Positions 1 to 7,195 of a stretch of DNA of 55,632 bases are shown piece after piece. Source of the DNA: a virus (lineage: Duplodnaviria > Caudoviricetes); the IMG/VR virus record IMGVR_UViG_3300045006_000223, positions 1-55,632 of that record; one strand, written 5' to 3'. Made by a program: the position numbers and the translations under genes. The notes under the pieces are model-generated. The model did not search any database. It saw only the letters and a list, made by a program, of their open reading frames with translations, and was not told the DNA's origin. Positions within the stretch are counted from its first letter, which is position 1. Every line of letters starts with the position of its first letter.

Positions 1-684
1 TGTAGCAGTACGTGCTGCCGCGCCGGCAGGACCCTGCGCTCCGGTATCGCCCTTCAGTCCCTGCGGTCCCTGCGGTCCCTGCGCCCCAACATCGCCCTGC
101 GGTCCCTGCGGTCCCTGCGGTCCCTGCAGTCCAGTGGCTCCGGTATCGCCCTTCGGACCTTGGATTCCTTGCGCCCCAACATCGCCCTGCGGTCCCTGCG
201 GTCCCTGCGGTCCCTGCGGTCCCTGCAGTCCAGTGGCTCCGGTATCGCCCTTCAGTCCCTGCGGTCCCTGCGCCCCAACATCGCCCTGCGGCCCCTGTGG
301 CCCAGTGGCTCCGGTATCGCCCTTCGGACCTTGGATTCCTTGCAGTCCTTGCGGACCTTGGCTTCCCTGCGCCCCGGTGGCTCCGACATCGCCTTGCGGT
401 CCTTGCGCACCGGTATCGCCCTTCGGACCTTGGATGCCTTGCGGGCCCTGTGGTCCGGTGGCTCCGACATCGCCTTGCGGTCCTTGCGCACCGGTGTAAC
501 CAGCAGGGCCCATCCGACCTTCCGGACCTTGTGGCCCCTGTGGTCCAGTGTCGCCCTTCTCGCCCCTGTCTCCGGGTGATCCTTTTTCTGATACTTCGAC
601 GAGCACTTGCTCGATAAGGGTTTGTGCGTTGACGCTCACCTCATCAGGCTTGGATTGCACGACCACGTTGATTATGTCAGACAT
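1..684 (-). CDS. Collagen-like (Gly-X-Y) repeat protein, 3' end truncated by the window
   Basis: Not in the ORF track because it has no stop. My translation from ATG 684: [18 protein letters not shown]...[38 protein letters not shown]...; the start overlaps the end of ORF 677-1021. Confidence 0.92.
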   Translation of the reverse strand, partial: MSDIINVVVQSKPDEVSVNAQTLIEQVLVEVSEKGSPGDRGEKGDTGPQGPQGPEGRMGPAGYTGAQGPQGDVGATGPQGPQGIQGPKGDTGAQGPQGDVGATGAQGSQGPQGLQGIQGPKGDTGATGPQGPQGDVGAQGPQGLKGDTGATGLQGPQGPQGPQGPQGDVGAQGIQGPKGDTGATGLQGPQGPQGPQGDVGAQGPQGPQGLKGDTGAQGPAGAAARTAT

Positions 685-1021
685 GATCGAACTCCGGTGT
701 TATGGTAGCCGTGCCGTCGATGTAGGTCTTGGACACACCGTTGGCAAAGGTGATCTTGATGGCGTATCCATACACATCCGCCGGCACATCAAACTTTTGC
801 GCGTCTATCCCGATCTGGCCCTTGAGCTGATCGCCAAACGACAGGCCGTGGCCAATGGCTAACGTGGCAACAGGCGGGCAGCCAGGCTTTTTGATCTGCA
901 TGATGGCGGATGCGCCGCGCAAATCGATGTACGCACCGTTCACGGTTATGGTGAACATGGCACCATTGTAGGTGTTGTTCCTTCTGGCAGTGAAGTCGCA
1001 ATGAACGCGTTGGTGGAGCAC
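677..1021 (-). CDS. Hypothetical virion-accessory protein (BppU-N-like beta-sandwich)
   Basis: GTG start with AGGAAGG SD; [12 protein letters not shown]...GQIGI pattern typical of proteins preceding collagen fibres. Confidence 0.6.
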   Translation of the reverse strand: MLHQRVHCDFTARRNNTYNGAMFTITVNGAYIDLRGASAIMQIKKPGCPPVATLAIGHGLSFGDQLKGQIGIDAQKFDVPADVYGYAIKITFANGVSKTYIDGTATITPEFDHV

Positions 1022-1046
1022 GGCTACCTTCCTCTTGCCGGAAACT

Positions 1047-1076
1047 TTATCCGGTTTCTGCGGTTCTGTTGCCTAT
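1047..1076 (+). promoter_or_regulatory. Bipartite motif copy 1 (TTATCCGGTTT-N11-TTGCCTAT)
   Basis: Matches seven other intergenic copies with the same spacing. Confidence 0.75.
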
Positions 1077-1098
1077 TGGACGTGAACACCGCACCTAC

Positions 1099-1127
1099 AT
1101 TATACGGGCAAGCGTGTAAAAGTTCAA
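1099..1127 (-). promoter_or_regulatory. Sigma70-like promoter for the collagen module
   Basis: TTGAAC-17-TATAAT on the - strand. Confidence 0.65.
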
Positions 1128-1172
1128 CATACAAGAACATAGAAAGTTCCTCATGAAAACTGCAAACAGCAG

Positions 1173-1201
1173 TTGCATATTTATAAGTATCGTGTTAAAT
1201 T
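1173..1201 (+). promoter_or_regulatory. Sigma70-like promoter for the early/replication arm
   Basis: TTGCAT-17-TAAATT with extended TGn. Confidence 0.55.
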
Positions 1202-1245
1202 TAACCAACCGCGTAGCGGATGGAAAACAAATCAAGGAGCACATC

Positions 1246-1482
1246 ATGCCCAAGAACAAGATCGAAACCGGAACCGAGGCCGTCTACACCAACCACGGCC
1301 AGACCTTCGCCACCAAGAAGGACGCCGACAACTACGGCGTCATCGTCGCCAAGGTCCAGAGCTTCGCCGATGACAACGACCTCGACGAAGATTTCATCGA
1401 CAGCGCACTGGAAGCCTACCGGGCCGGCGTCTTCGCCCTGCCCAAGGCCACCCGCAAGCCCAAGGGCGACAGCGAGGACTGA
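1246..1482 (+). CDS. Hypothetical early protein (78 aa)
   Basis: AAGGAG SD before ATG 1246; strongly C/G3-biased codons. Confidence 0.85.
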   Translation: MPKNKIETGTEAVYTNHGQTFATKKDADNYGVIVAKVQSFADDNDLDEDFIDSALEAYRAGVFALPKATRKPKGDSED

Positions 1483-1501
1483 GCCGCAACGAACCCGTGA
1501 A

Positions 1502-1530
1502 GCGCCCACCAATACCGGTGGGCGTTTTTA
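1502..1530 (+). terminator. Rho-independent terminator
   Basis: GCGCCCACC/GGTGGGCGT stem followed by a T-run. Confidence 0.7.
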
Positions 1531-1543
1531 TCAGGAGACAAGC

Positions 1544-1945
1544 ATGGATAAACAATACAGGCCGGCACATCGGTTCATCGATCACGAGTACCTGCAAAAG
1601 CGCACAAGCCGAACCGTTCGCGCCGGCTACCAAGTTCCGAAGTGGATTTCTTTCTGCTCATGGGCGTTGTCACACGGTCTGCACGTGTTTATTCACGAAT
1701 CGCGCACGACCGTTTCCAAGTACGTTTATGTTTCCCAAGAACGAAACGGCCCGCAGTTCAAGGTTCGCTTTTCCAACCACAAACCGAGCTTTGCCAAAGA
1801 GTCTGCAGAAGACTGTGATTTTTTCGTCGGTGTGACAAACACCGGCGTGCGCACCACCGAGATGGCTGTCAATGCTGTGCTCGCATGGCTGTTTGCCGGG
1901 TCGACAGAAGAAAACTACACCGACCCGCGCCACGGAGGGCAGTGA
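1544..1945 (+). CDS. Hypothetical phage protein (KVRFSNH motif)
   Basis: AGGAG SD, ATG 1544. Confidence 0.8.
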   Translation: MDKQYRPAHRFIDHEYLQKRTSRTVRAGYQVPKWISFCSWALSHGLHVFIHESRTTVSKYVYVSQERNGPQFKVRFSNHKPSFAKESAEDCDFFVGVTNTGVRTTEMAVNAVLAWLFAGSTEENYTDPRHGGQ

Positions 1946-2193
1946 TGAAAAATCGCAGCTGTGGCAATTGCGCTTACCTGCTCGTGCCCTCAAGCCGTAA
2001 CCCGTGCCAGCTGTGCGACGACGAATCAGAATGGCTCCCTTGCGAACTGGAAAAGCTCAAAGCCCAGTGCGACGAGTTAATTGATGCCCTGGGCGATTGC
2101 GGGCATGGCGCATTGTACAGCGGCAAGCCAATCCACCCAGACTGCAAATCTTGCCAACTCGTCGCCAAAATACGCAATGAAGTTCCCAAGTAG
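1942..2193 (+). CDS. Cys-rich hypothetical protein
   Basis: GTGA overlap with the upstream stop; several CxxC pairs. Confidence 0.75.
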   Translation: MMKNRSCGNCAYLLVPSSRNPCQLCDDESEWLPCELEKLKAQCDELIDALGDCGHGALYSGKPIHPDCKSCQLVAKIRNEVPK

Positions 2194-2296
2194 ATTATGC
2201 GGATCGGGATATTCGATGTTCGGTGGACGCTCTGCGGCGTAACTGCGTTACACCGACAACGCGCCAAGTTTTTGGCACAGATTACAGGAGTAAAAG

Positions 2297-2533
2297 ATGT
2301 GGAACTCAATGCTGAATGAATTGAATGAACTGCACACGAGGCTTGAGCAAAAGCCAGATAGCGAAAAAATGGGCTATGCCTGTTGCCCAGGCGGCATATT
2401 GAATGCTTATCGAGAAGCTGACATTACTTTTGCTCAAGCAGTCAAAGCAATCGAAGATTGGGCATTGTCCCAAGGTGCCAAAAACACCGAACAACAGCTT
2501 CAAGCGGATAGCCCCGTTGGGCCTACCGCTTAA
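2297..2533 (+). CDS. Cassette 1 hypothetical protein
   Basis: AGGAG SD; stop codon lies inside attC1. Confidence 0.8.
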   Translation: MWNSMLNELNELHTRLEQKPDSEKMGYACCPGGILNAYREADITFAQAVKAIEDWALSQGAKNTEQQLQADSPVGPTA

Positions 2534-2546
2534 CCAAATGTTCGGT
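2486..2546 (+). repeat. attC site 1
   Basis: ACCGAAC...TTCAAGCGG-A-TAG...CTACCGCTTAA...GTTCGGT; extra C and extra A in the left arm. Confidence 0.9.
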
Positions 2547-2615
2547 GGACGCCTGCACGGCGTAACCACTTCGTTTATTACGCCGACAGGCGCAGACCTT
2601 CGGCGGGGAGGATTT

Positions 2616-2813
2616 ATGGATGGGACTTGCGAATGGACAGAAGAAAAAGAATGGGGCGAATCCATGGGAACATGGGATACTGAATGTGGCAATGCTTTTA
2701 CCATAATTGACGGGACGCCCCAAGAAAATGGATTTAAGTTCTGTCTATATTGCGGAAAGAGCCTTATCGAATCCGCCGAAGGCACCGAACAAGCTAATCA
2801 ACCTGACTCGTAG
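2616..2813 (+). CDS. Cassette 2 small Zn-ribbon-like protein
   Basis: GGAGG SD, ATG 2616; MDGTCEW...FKFCLYCG. Confidence 0.85.
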   Translation: MDGTCEWTEEKEWGESMGTWDTECGNAFTIIDGTPQENGFKFCLYCGKSLIESAEGTEQANQPDS

Positions 2814-2841
2814 TAACTCGCAGGTTATCAGCACGTTAGAT
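2784..2841 (+). repeat. attC site 2
   Basis: ACCGAAC...ATCAACCTGAC...GCAGGTTAT...GTTAGAT. Confidence 0.88.
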
Positions 2842-2898
2842 GGATTCTTGCCGCATATCGCTACGCTGGATATGCGGACGGCGAACAGGGGGTAGAGT

Positions 2899-3123
2899 AT
2901 GGATGGCATGATAAGAATAGAATCGGGTTATGGTGTTGAATTATATGTCCGCCTTGATCTTGCAAATAAAGTGAAAGCGTGTCCAAGGTGTCTTGGCAAT
3001 GGAAGGTTTTGGCATCAGACATTTTTAACCAATGGTCAGCTATATCCCTACGTGATATGGGGGAGTGTTTGCCCTGAATGTGGTGGTAATGGAATTAAGC
3101 ATCTAACAACTGCTTCAACCTGA
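2899..3123 (+). CDS. Cassette 3 protein with two CxxCxGxG motifs (DnaJ-type zinc finger)
   Basis: CPRCLGNG and CPECGGNG. Confidence 0.8.
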   Translation: MDGMIRIESGYGVELYVRLDLANKVKACPRCLGNGRFWHQTFLTNGQLYPYVIWGSVCPECGGNGIKHLTTAST

Positions 3124-3155
3124 CACCTTCGGTGCAGGTTAAGCAAATGTTCGGC
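3101..3155 (+). repeat. attC site 3
   Basis: ATCTAAC...TTCAACCTGACACC-TTC-GGTGCAGGTTAA...GTTCGGC. Confidence 0.92.
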
Positions 3156-3209
3156 GGACACTCCGCAACGTAACTGCGTCACGTTGACTGCGTGCGAAAG
3201 GAAACAAGA

Positions 3210-3488
3210 ATGATTAACTTTTTAAAAGCAAATCCGTTTGAAGTTGATAGCATGGCCTATAAAATAGACGGATATTTTATACCAAATTACACGGGCAATA
3301 AAACCAAAGAAGAAGAGTTTGAACGCGCAAAAAAGGAGCTATTGGGCCACCTTCGACGGCAATTGGAAATAGCCGAGCAGATGCCGTTTGATATATTTAT
3401 TAAACAAAAATCTGTTTCTTTCTCAACAAAACAATATCGGAATGACGCCGAACAAGGCGTTCAAGTGGACGGCAAAGCCGCCACTTAA
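3210..3488 (+). CDS. Cassette 4 hypothetical protein
   Basis: AAGGA SD before ATG 3210; stop codon inside attC4. Confidence 0.8.
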   Translation: MINFLKANPFEVDSMAYKIDGYFIPNYTGNKTKEEEFERAKKELLGHLRRQLEIAEQMPFDIFIKQKSVSFSTKQYRNDAEQGVQVDGKAAT

Positions 3489-3501
3489 CTTAATGTTAGG
3501 T
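3447..3501 (+). repeat. attC site 4
   Basis: GCCGAAC...TTCAAGTGGACGGC-AAA-GCCGCCACTTAA...GTTAGGT. Confidence 0.92.
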
Positions 3502-3560
3502 TGACAAACAACCAGATAAGCCAAATGCGCTTATCTGGATAATTTGCAAAGGAGGTTTTT

Positions 3561-3794
3561 ATGACAGTAGGTGATTTGATAAATAAACTCTCGGCGTTTG
3601 ATGCCAGAACTGAGATTACTATACTTGACGGGTTTAATGGTGGTGGCATACCACGAACCATAAATTTTGGCCCTATTTTGTTCGATCCTCAAGATAAAGA
3701 GCGTACTTTCAATGGAGATGAAATGCAGGACTACTCAGACTTAGACACTCCAAGTGGTCAAAAAATTATTGTAATGGGTTACGGCTCTTATTAA
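3561..3794 (+). CDS. Cassette 5 hypothetical protein (MTVGDLINKL-type phage protein)
   Basis: AAGGAGG SD. Confidence 0.85.
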   Translation: MTVGDLINKLSAFDARTEITILDGFNGGGIPRTINFGPILFDPQDKERTFNGDEMQDYSDLDTPSGQKIIVMGYGSY

Positions 3795-3798
3795 GGAA

Positions 3799-3862
3799 GC
3801 CTAACAACTGCTTCAACCTGACTCAACGCAGTAGCGTTTCGCAGGTTAAGCAAATGTTAGCC
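3799..3862 (+). repeat. attC site 5
   Basis: GCCTAAC...TTCAACCTGAC...GCAGGTTAA...GTTAGCC. Confidence 0.92.
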
Positions 3863-3926
3863 AGATCGGCGCGCCGCATAACTGCGTCATGCGGACGGTC
3901 AACTAAACCGCCCGAAAGGAAGTTTT

Positions 3927-4133
3927 ATGGACGGAAAATGCGAATGGTTGCGCCAGTTTGACGGCCATTTTGCCATTGGTTGCGTTGGCGAAACTGGTGA
4001 ACGGGCAAATGGTAATTTCAAACGTACAAACGACGGTTTGGACGCAAAATGGGATTTTAAGTTTTGCCCCTACTGCGGTCGGGAAATAAAAGTCGTTTCA
4101 ACCGGGCGGCGTCGAACAAAGGTTTCAACCTGA
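3927..4133 (+). CDS. Cassette 6 small Zn-ribbon-like protein (homolog of cassette 2)
   Basis: MDGKCEW...FKFCPYCG. Confidence 0.85.
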   Translation: MDGKCEWLRQFDGHFAIGCVGETGERANGNFKRTNDGLDAKWDFKFCPYCGREIKVVSTGRRRTKVST

Positions 4134-4167
4134 TTCGCTACGCCCACAGGTTAAACCAATGTTCTAC
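4111..4167 (+). repeat. attC site 6
   Basis: GTCGAAC...TTCAACCTGA...CAGGTTAA...GTTCTAC. Confidence 0.85.
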
Positions 4168-4192
4168 AAGGATAAAATAAGAAGGAGGTAAT

Positions 4193-4819
4193 ATGGACCG
4201 CAAAACATGGACGTACCGGCCTGGTGTGTTCACAAGTAAGGACAAGACCGCTATTCGGGGCTTGGCCACCGTAGCGCCGAACGCTGCGCAGATATTCCTG
4301 ACCGGGGAAATAGCCACGGCAAGGCTGTCCGAAGATGACCGGTGGTCGTTGCTTTACGCGAACAACACCGTCGAGCACCCGCTGTTCGAGGAAACCGGGC
4401 AGGCGACGATCCGCATGATGCGCTTCGACGCTCGGCAGGTTTGGCCGGTGCTGTTGCAGGGCCAGCTCGTCAAGATGATGGTCCTGGAAGCCCGGCGGTT
4501 TGGTATCACCGACATGGCACTCACCAAGTTCTGCTTCTACGAAAGCCTGATCGACGTGGCCGGCCTGACGGACACATACGTCACCTATGACAGCCCGACC
4601 CCATCCACGGTCAAGGTGTACTTCAACGCCCTCACCATGTTCGGCAAGCCCATGCTGTGCGGCATCCCTGTATCATGCTTTTTTTCTGCCGACTTCGATC
4701 TGAAGGCTGACCGAGTGGCTGCCAGTCGTGATACACTGAAGGCGCGGGACATGGCCAGGGATAGTAGCCACTTTGCGCCGACCAGCTCCGAGGTGAATTT
4801 TCTGCTCCGGCTGAGTTAA
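4193..4819 (+). CDS. Hypothetical protein (208 aa)
   Basis: AAGGAGG SD, phage-like codon usage; no tyrosine-recombinase RHRY signature seen. Confidence 0.85.
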   Translation: MDRKTWTYRPGVFTSKDKTAIRGLATVAPNAAQIFLTGEIATARLSEDDRWSLLYANNTVEHPLFEETGQATIRMMRFDARQVWPVLLQGQLVKMMVLEARRFGITDMALTKFCFYESLIDVAGLTDTYVTYDSPTPSTVKVYFNALTMFGKPMLCGIPVSCFFSADFDLKADRVAASRDTLKARDMARDSSHFAPTSSEVNFLLRLS

Positions 4820-4827
4820 ATCACCAC

Positions 4828-4856
4828 TTGACATTTATCATCCTTCATGCGAGGAT
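4828..4856 (+). promoter_or_regulatory. Sigma70-like promoter, possibly leaderless
   Basis: TTGACA-17-GAGGAT with TGn, 6 nt before ATG 4863. Confidence 0.5.
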
Positions 4857-4862
4857 ACTGGA

Positions 4863-5441
4863 ATGGCAGAAAAAAGACTCGTCGGCAAGATCGACCTCGC
4901 CCCCGGTGTTGTTTTCAACGAAGCGCGGCACGAGTACCACCTGAAAGGTCGGCAGCTTTCTGGCGTGACCGGCGTGATCGGCAAGCGGCTTGGGACCAAG
5001 ATGCCTGAACAGTTCGTCGGCGAAGTGCGGAACGAGGGTCTGCATGTCCACCATGCAATCGAAGACTGGATCGGGTCCGGGCTTACTAAGTGCAATTCCA
5101 TCCATCCAGGCGTTATGTGGATGACTCAGACCCTGCTTGACCACTGTGTCGGCCCGAAACAGCTATTCGCAGAAGTGCTGGTCAGTGATCTGCAACAGTA
5201 CGCTTCGGCCGTCGACATCGTAGTACTTACCACCTATGGTAAGCTCGACTTGTTCGACATGAAGCGCAGCTTCAAGCGCACGTCGGTGACGTGGCAGCTG
5301 TCGATCTATAAGTATTTCATCGAGAAGTTTACTGACTACGAGGTCGGTAAGCTCTGGTGCGCTGCGTTCCGTGATAAAGAGTACTACCCGGTGTTCGCAA
5401 AGAGCGCTGAAGAGGTCGAAGGGCTTCTTTACGGAAAATAA
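4863..5441 (+). CDS. PD-(D/E)XK exonuclease (RecB/Cas4-like phage nuclease)
   Basis: SGVTGVIG, GxxVHxxIE, E..VD..DMK, WQLSIY motifs. Confidence 0.85.
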   Translation: MAEKRLVGKIDLAPGVVFNEARHEYHLKGRQLSGVTGVIGKRLGTKMPEQFVGEVRNEGLHVHHAIEDWIGSGLTKCNSIHPGVMWMTQTLLDHCVGPKQLFAEVLVSDLQQYASAVDIVVLTTYGKLDLFDMKRSFKRTSVTWQLSIYKYFIEKFTDYEVGKLWCAAFRDKEYYPVFAKSAEEVEGLLYGK

Positions 5442-5471
5442 TTATCCGGTTTTCGCAGTTTCATTGCCTAT
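5442..5471 (+). promoter_or_regulatory. Bipartite motif copy 2
   Basis: TTATCCGGTTT-N11-TTGCCTAT just upstream of the SD of ORF 5489. Confidence 0.8.
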
Positions 5472-5488
5472 AAGGCGAGGAGGTTAGT

Positions 5489-5680
5489 ATGCCCGAACCC
5501 AAAATCAAAGAGGTGCATTTCGAGCGCGTGTTCAATCTGGGAAACTACGAGAGCTTCCGCATCGGCTTTACTGCCACGGTAGGCCCGACGGACAACCTGG
5601 AAAACGTGCTGACTGCCCTGGATGAGCGCACCGTGCAGGCCCGTAACGAGTTCCTGCGCCCTGTGAAGGCTGGCAAGTGA
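5489..5680 (+). CDS. Hypothetical phage protein (NLGNYES motif)
   Basis: GAGGAGG SD; common small phage family motif. Confidence 0.85.
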   Translation: MPEPKIKEVHFERVFNLGNYESFRIGFTATVGPTDNLENVLTALDERTVQARNEFLRPVKAGK

Positions 5681-5901
5681 TGAAACTTGAGCAGCAGCCG
5701 GCAACGATAGACGGTGTGCGCAGCATCGCGCAGATGTTGGCACGTATCGAGCGTGCCAACAGCGAGAACGTCACCTACGTTCGCAGTGTGCCGAAGGTGC
5801 ACATGAGCAAGAAGGCTCGCCGGAAGCTCCGCGAGCAGCAGAAGCAAGACACAGCTGCCTGGATCGGCAGCAAGCAAGGAGAGGCCAATGAAAGCCGCTG
5901 A
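5677..5901 (+). CDS. Hypothetical protein
   Basis: GTGA coupling to the upstream gene. Confidence 0.7.
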   Translation: MMKLEQQPATIDGVRSIAQMLARIERANSENVTYVRSVPKVHMSKKARRKLREQQKQDTAAWIGSKQGEANESR

Positions 5902-6832
5902 TGCTACCATGCCGGAACTGGCGATTGTTCCGGTCAAGAACTACGAAGTCGAGGGCAACTTCGATGATGTCAAGAAGTTCCTCGAAGGTGTCCGTGCCAA
6001 GTACCGTGATCTGGTCTTCACCGAGGACAACATCGAAACCGCCAAGATCATCAAGGCTGAGCTGGTTTCGCTGCGTACCTCACTGACCAAGATTCAGACC
6101 GATGTGAAGAAGCAGCGCTTCAACGACCCGAAGAAAATCTTCGATGCCAAGATGGACGCACTGCTCGCCATCACCGGTGAGGTCGAGGCCGAGATTGACG
6201 CAGCACTGTCCCGCGAAGACCAGAAGCGCATCGACGAAATCAACGAGGCGCTGGAAGCCTACAAGGACCATTTCGTCACGGTGTATAGCCTGGAACCGCA
6301 GTACGCTGAGCGCGTCGAGTTCAAGAAGTCCTTCTACAATAAGACCGCCATCGAGAAGGAGTCCAAGGCCGACATCGAATCCCAGTGCAAGTCACTGGCC
6401 GCCGAGCAGAAGGCCCGCAACGGCTCTATCAAGCTCATCAAGAAGGCACTGGCTGGAACCCCGGAAATCAATGTTGACGAACAAATCAGGAAGCTCGACA
6501 ACGGCCACGACGTGGCTTCGATCCTCGAATGGATCGAGGGTGAGCAGGAGCGTCTGGCCAGTCTGGCCATGCCGAAGTCTGTGGGTGTTGCTGGTGTGCC
6601 GGCGGACAGCCGCGACTACGCCAACGATGGCGAGGAGCAGGAAGAAGACGTGCCCACGCTCACCGGCAAGGTGGTCGACGCGGCCAAGAAGATCGACTTC
6701 AGCACCGACTTTCCCGGCAAGACCAAGAGCCTGTCCGTCACCATCACATATCCGGTTGATGCTGGCGATGCGCTCACCGAACTGTTCAAGACGCTCCGTG
6801 AGTACGGCATTACCACGAAGGTCAACAAGTAG
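5888..6832 (+). CDS. DUF1351-family coiled-coil protein
   Basis: NFDDVK..KYRDLVFTEDNIETAK..AEL pattern; located in the recombination module. Confidence 0.75.
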   Translation: MKAADATMPELAIVPVKNYEVEGNFDDVKKFLEGVRAKYRDLVFTEDNIETAKIIKAELVSLRTSLTKIQTDVKKQRFNDPKKIFDAKMDALLAITGEVEAEIDAALSREDQKRIDEINEALEAYKDHFVTVYSLEPQYAERVEFKKSFYNKTAIEKESKADIESQCKSLAAEQKARNGSIKLIKKALAGTPEINVDEQIRKLDNGHDVASILEWIEGEQERLASLAMPKSVGVAGVPADSRDYANDGEEQEEDVPTLTGKVVDAAKKIDFSTDFPGKTKSLSVTITYPVDAGDALTELFKTLREYGITTKVNK

Positions 6833-6842
6833 GAGGCTGAGC

Positions 6843-7178
6843 ATGGCAACACTTGGTTCGCTAATCGGTGCCGTAGTAGTATCGCTTATCTTGGCGTACC
6901 CGGTGCTGCATTTCCCGCCTTTGTTCTGGGTCTTTTTTCTGGTCGGCGGGATACCGAGCATGATCATCGGGATGTGCCAAGACGCAAAGCACAGTGCTGC
7001 TGTGTACCATGAGGATCGCGCTGACCGCAGGCAGCGTAGTGCCAACGCCGCAACAATGGCCGCAGCGCTGGCCGCTTCGACGATTCAGGAGCACAATGAC
7101 AACCGCGTCGTCAATATCGATGCGCGTCAAGTGCATTACCACCAAGAAAATAAAGCACGAAACGGCTTTATTGAATAG
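6843..7178 (+). CDS. Membrane protein (2 TM)
   Basis: AGGAGG SD, ATG 6843, hydrophobic N-terminal half. Confidence 0.75.
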   Translation: MATLGSLIGAVVVSLILAYPVLHFPPLFWVFFLVGGIPSMIIGMCQDAKHSAAVYHEDRADRRQRSANAATMAAALAASTIQEHNDNRVVNIDARQVHYHQENKARNGFIE

Positions 7179-7195
7179 CCATCAGGAGGAAAACC

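Larger units (their letters stand above)
2218..4167 (+). mobile_element. Array of six integron-type gene cassettes without intI (CALIN-like)
   Basis: Six single AT-rich ORFs, each followed by a 55-64 bp attC-like imperfect inverted repeat with AAC...GTT cores. Confidence 0.9.

Noticed and set aside
12-617. Pro/Cys/Arg-rich + strand ORFs (PCGPCG, LRSLRS)
   Set aside because: Antisense shadows of the - strand collagen gene
2235-3895. Group II intron or retron/DGR explanation of the bulged-A hairpins
   Set aside because: Only a superficial likeness to domain VI; I found no domain V, no RT gene and no TR/VR pair in the window
2486-4167. Repeats read as a CRISPR array or as plain terminators
   Set aside because: Spacers are 250-350 bp gene-bearing units, repeats diverge in sequence, lack T-tails and have attC cores
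4193-4819. Candidate integron integrase next to the array
   Set aside because: No R-H-R-Y catalytic signature and too short; no tyrosine or serine recombinase recognised anywhere in the window
4863-5441. Cas4 as part of a CRISPR system
   Set aside because: Lacks the four-Cys Fe-S pattern and there are no other cas genes; an ordinary phage exonuclease
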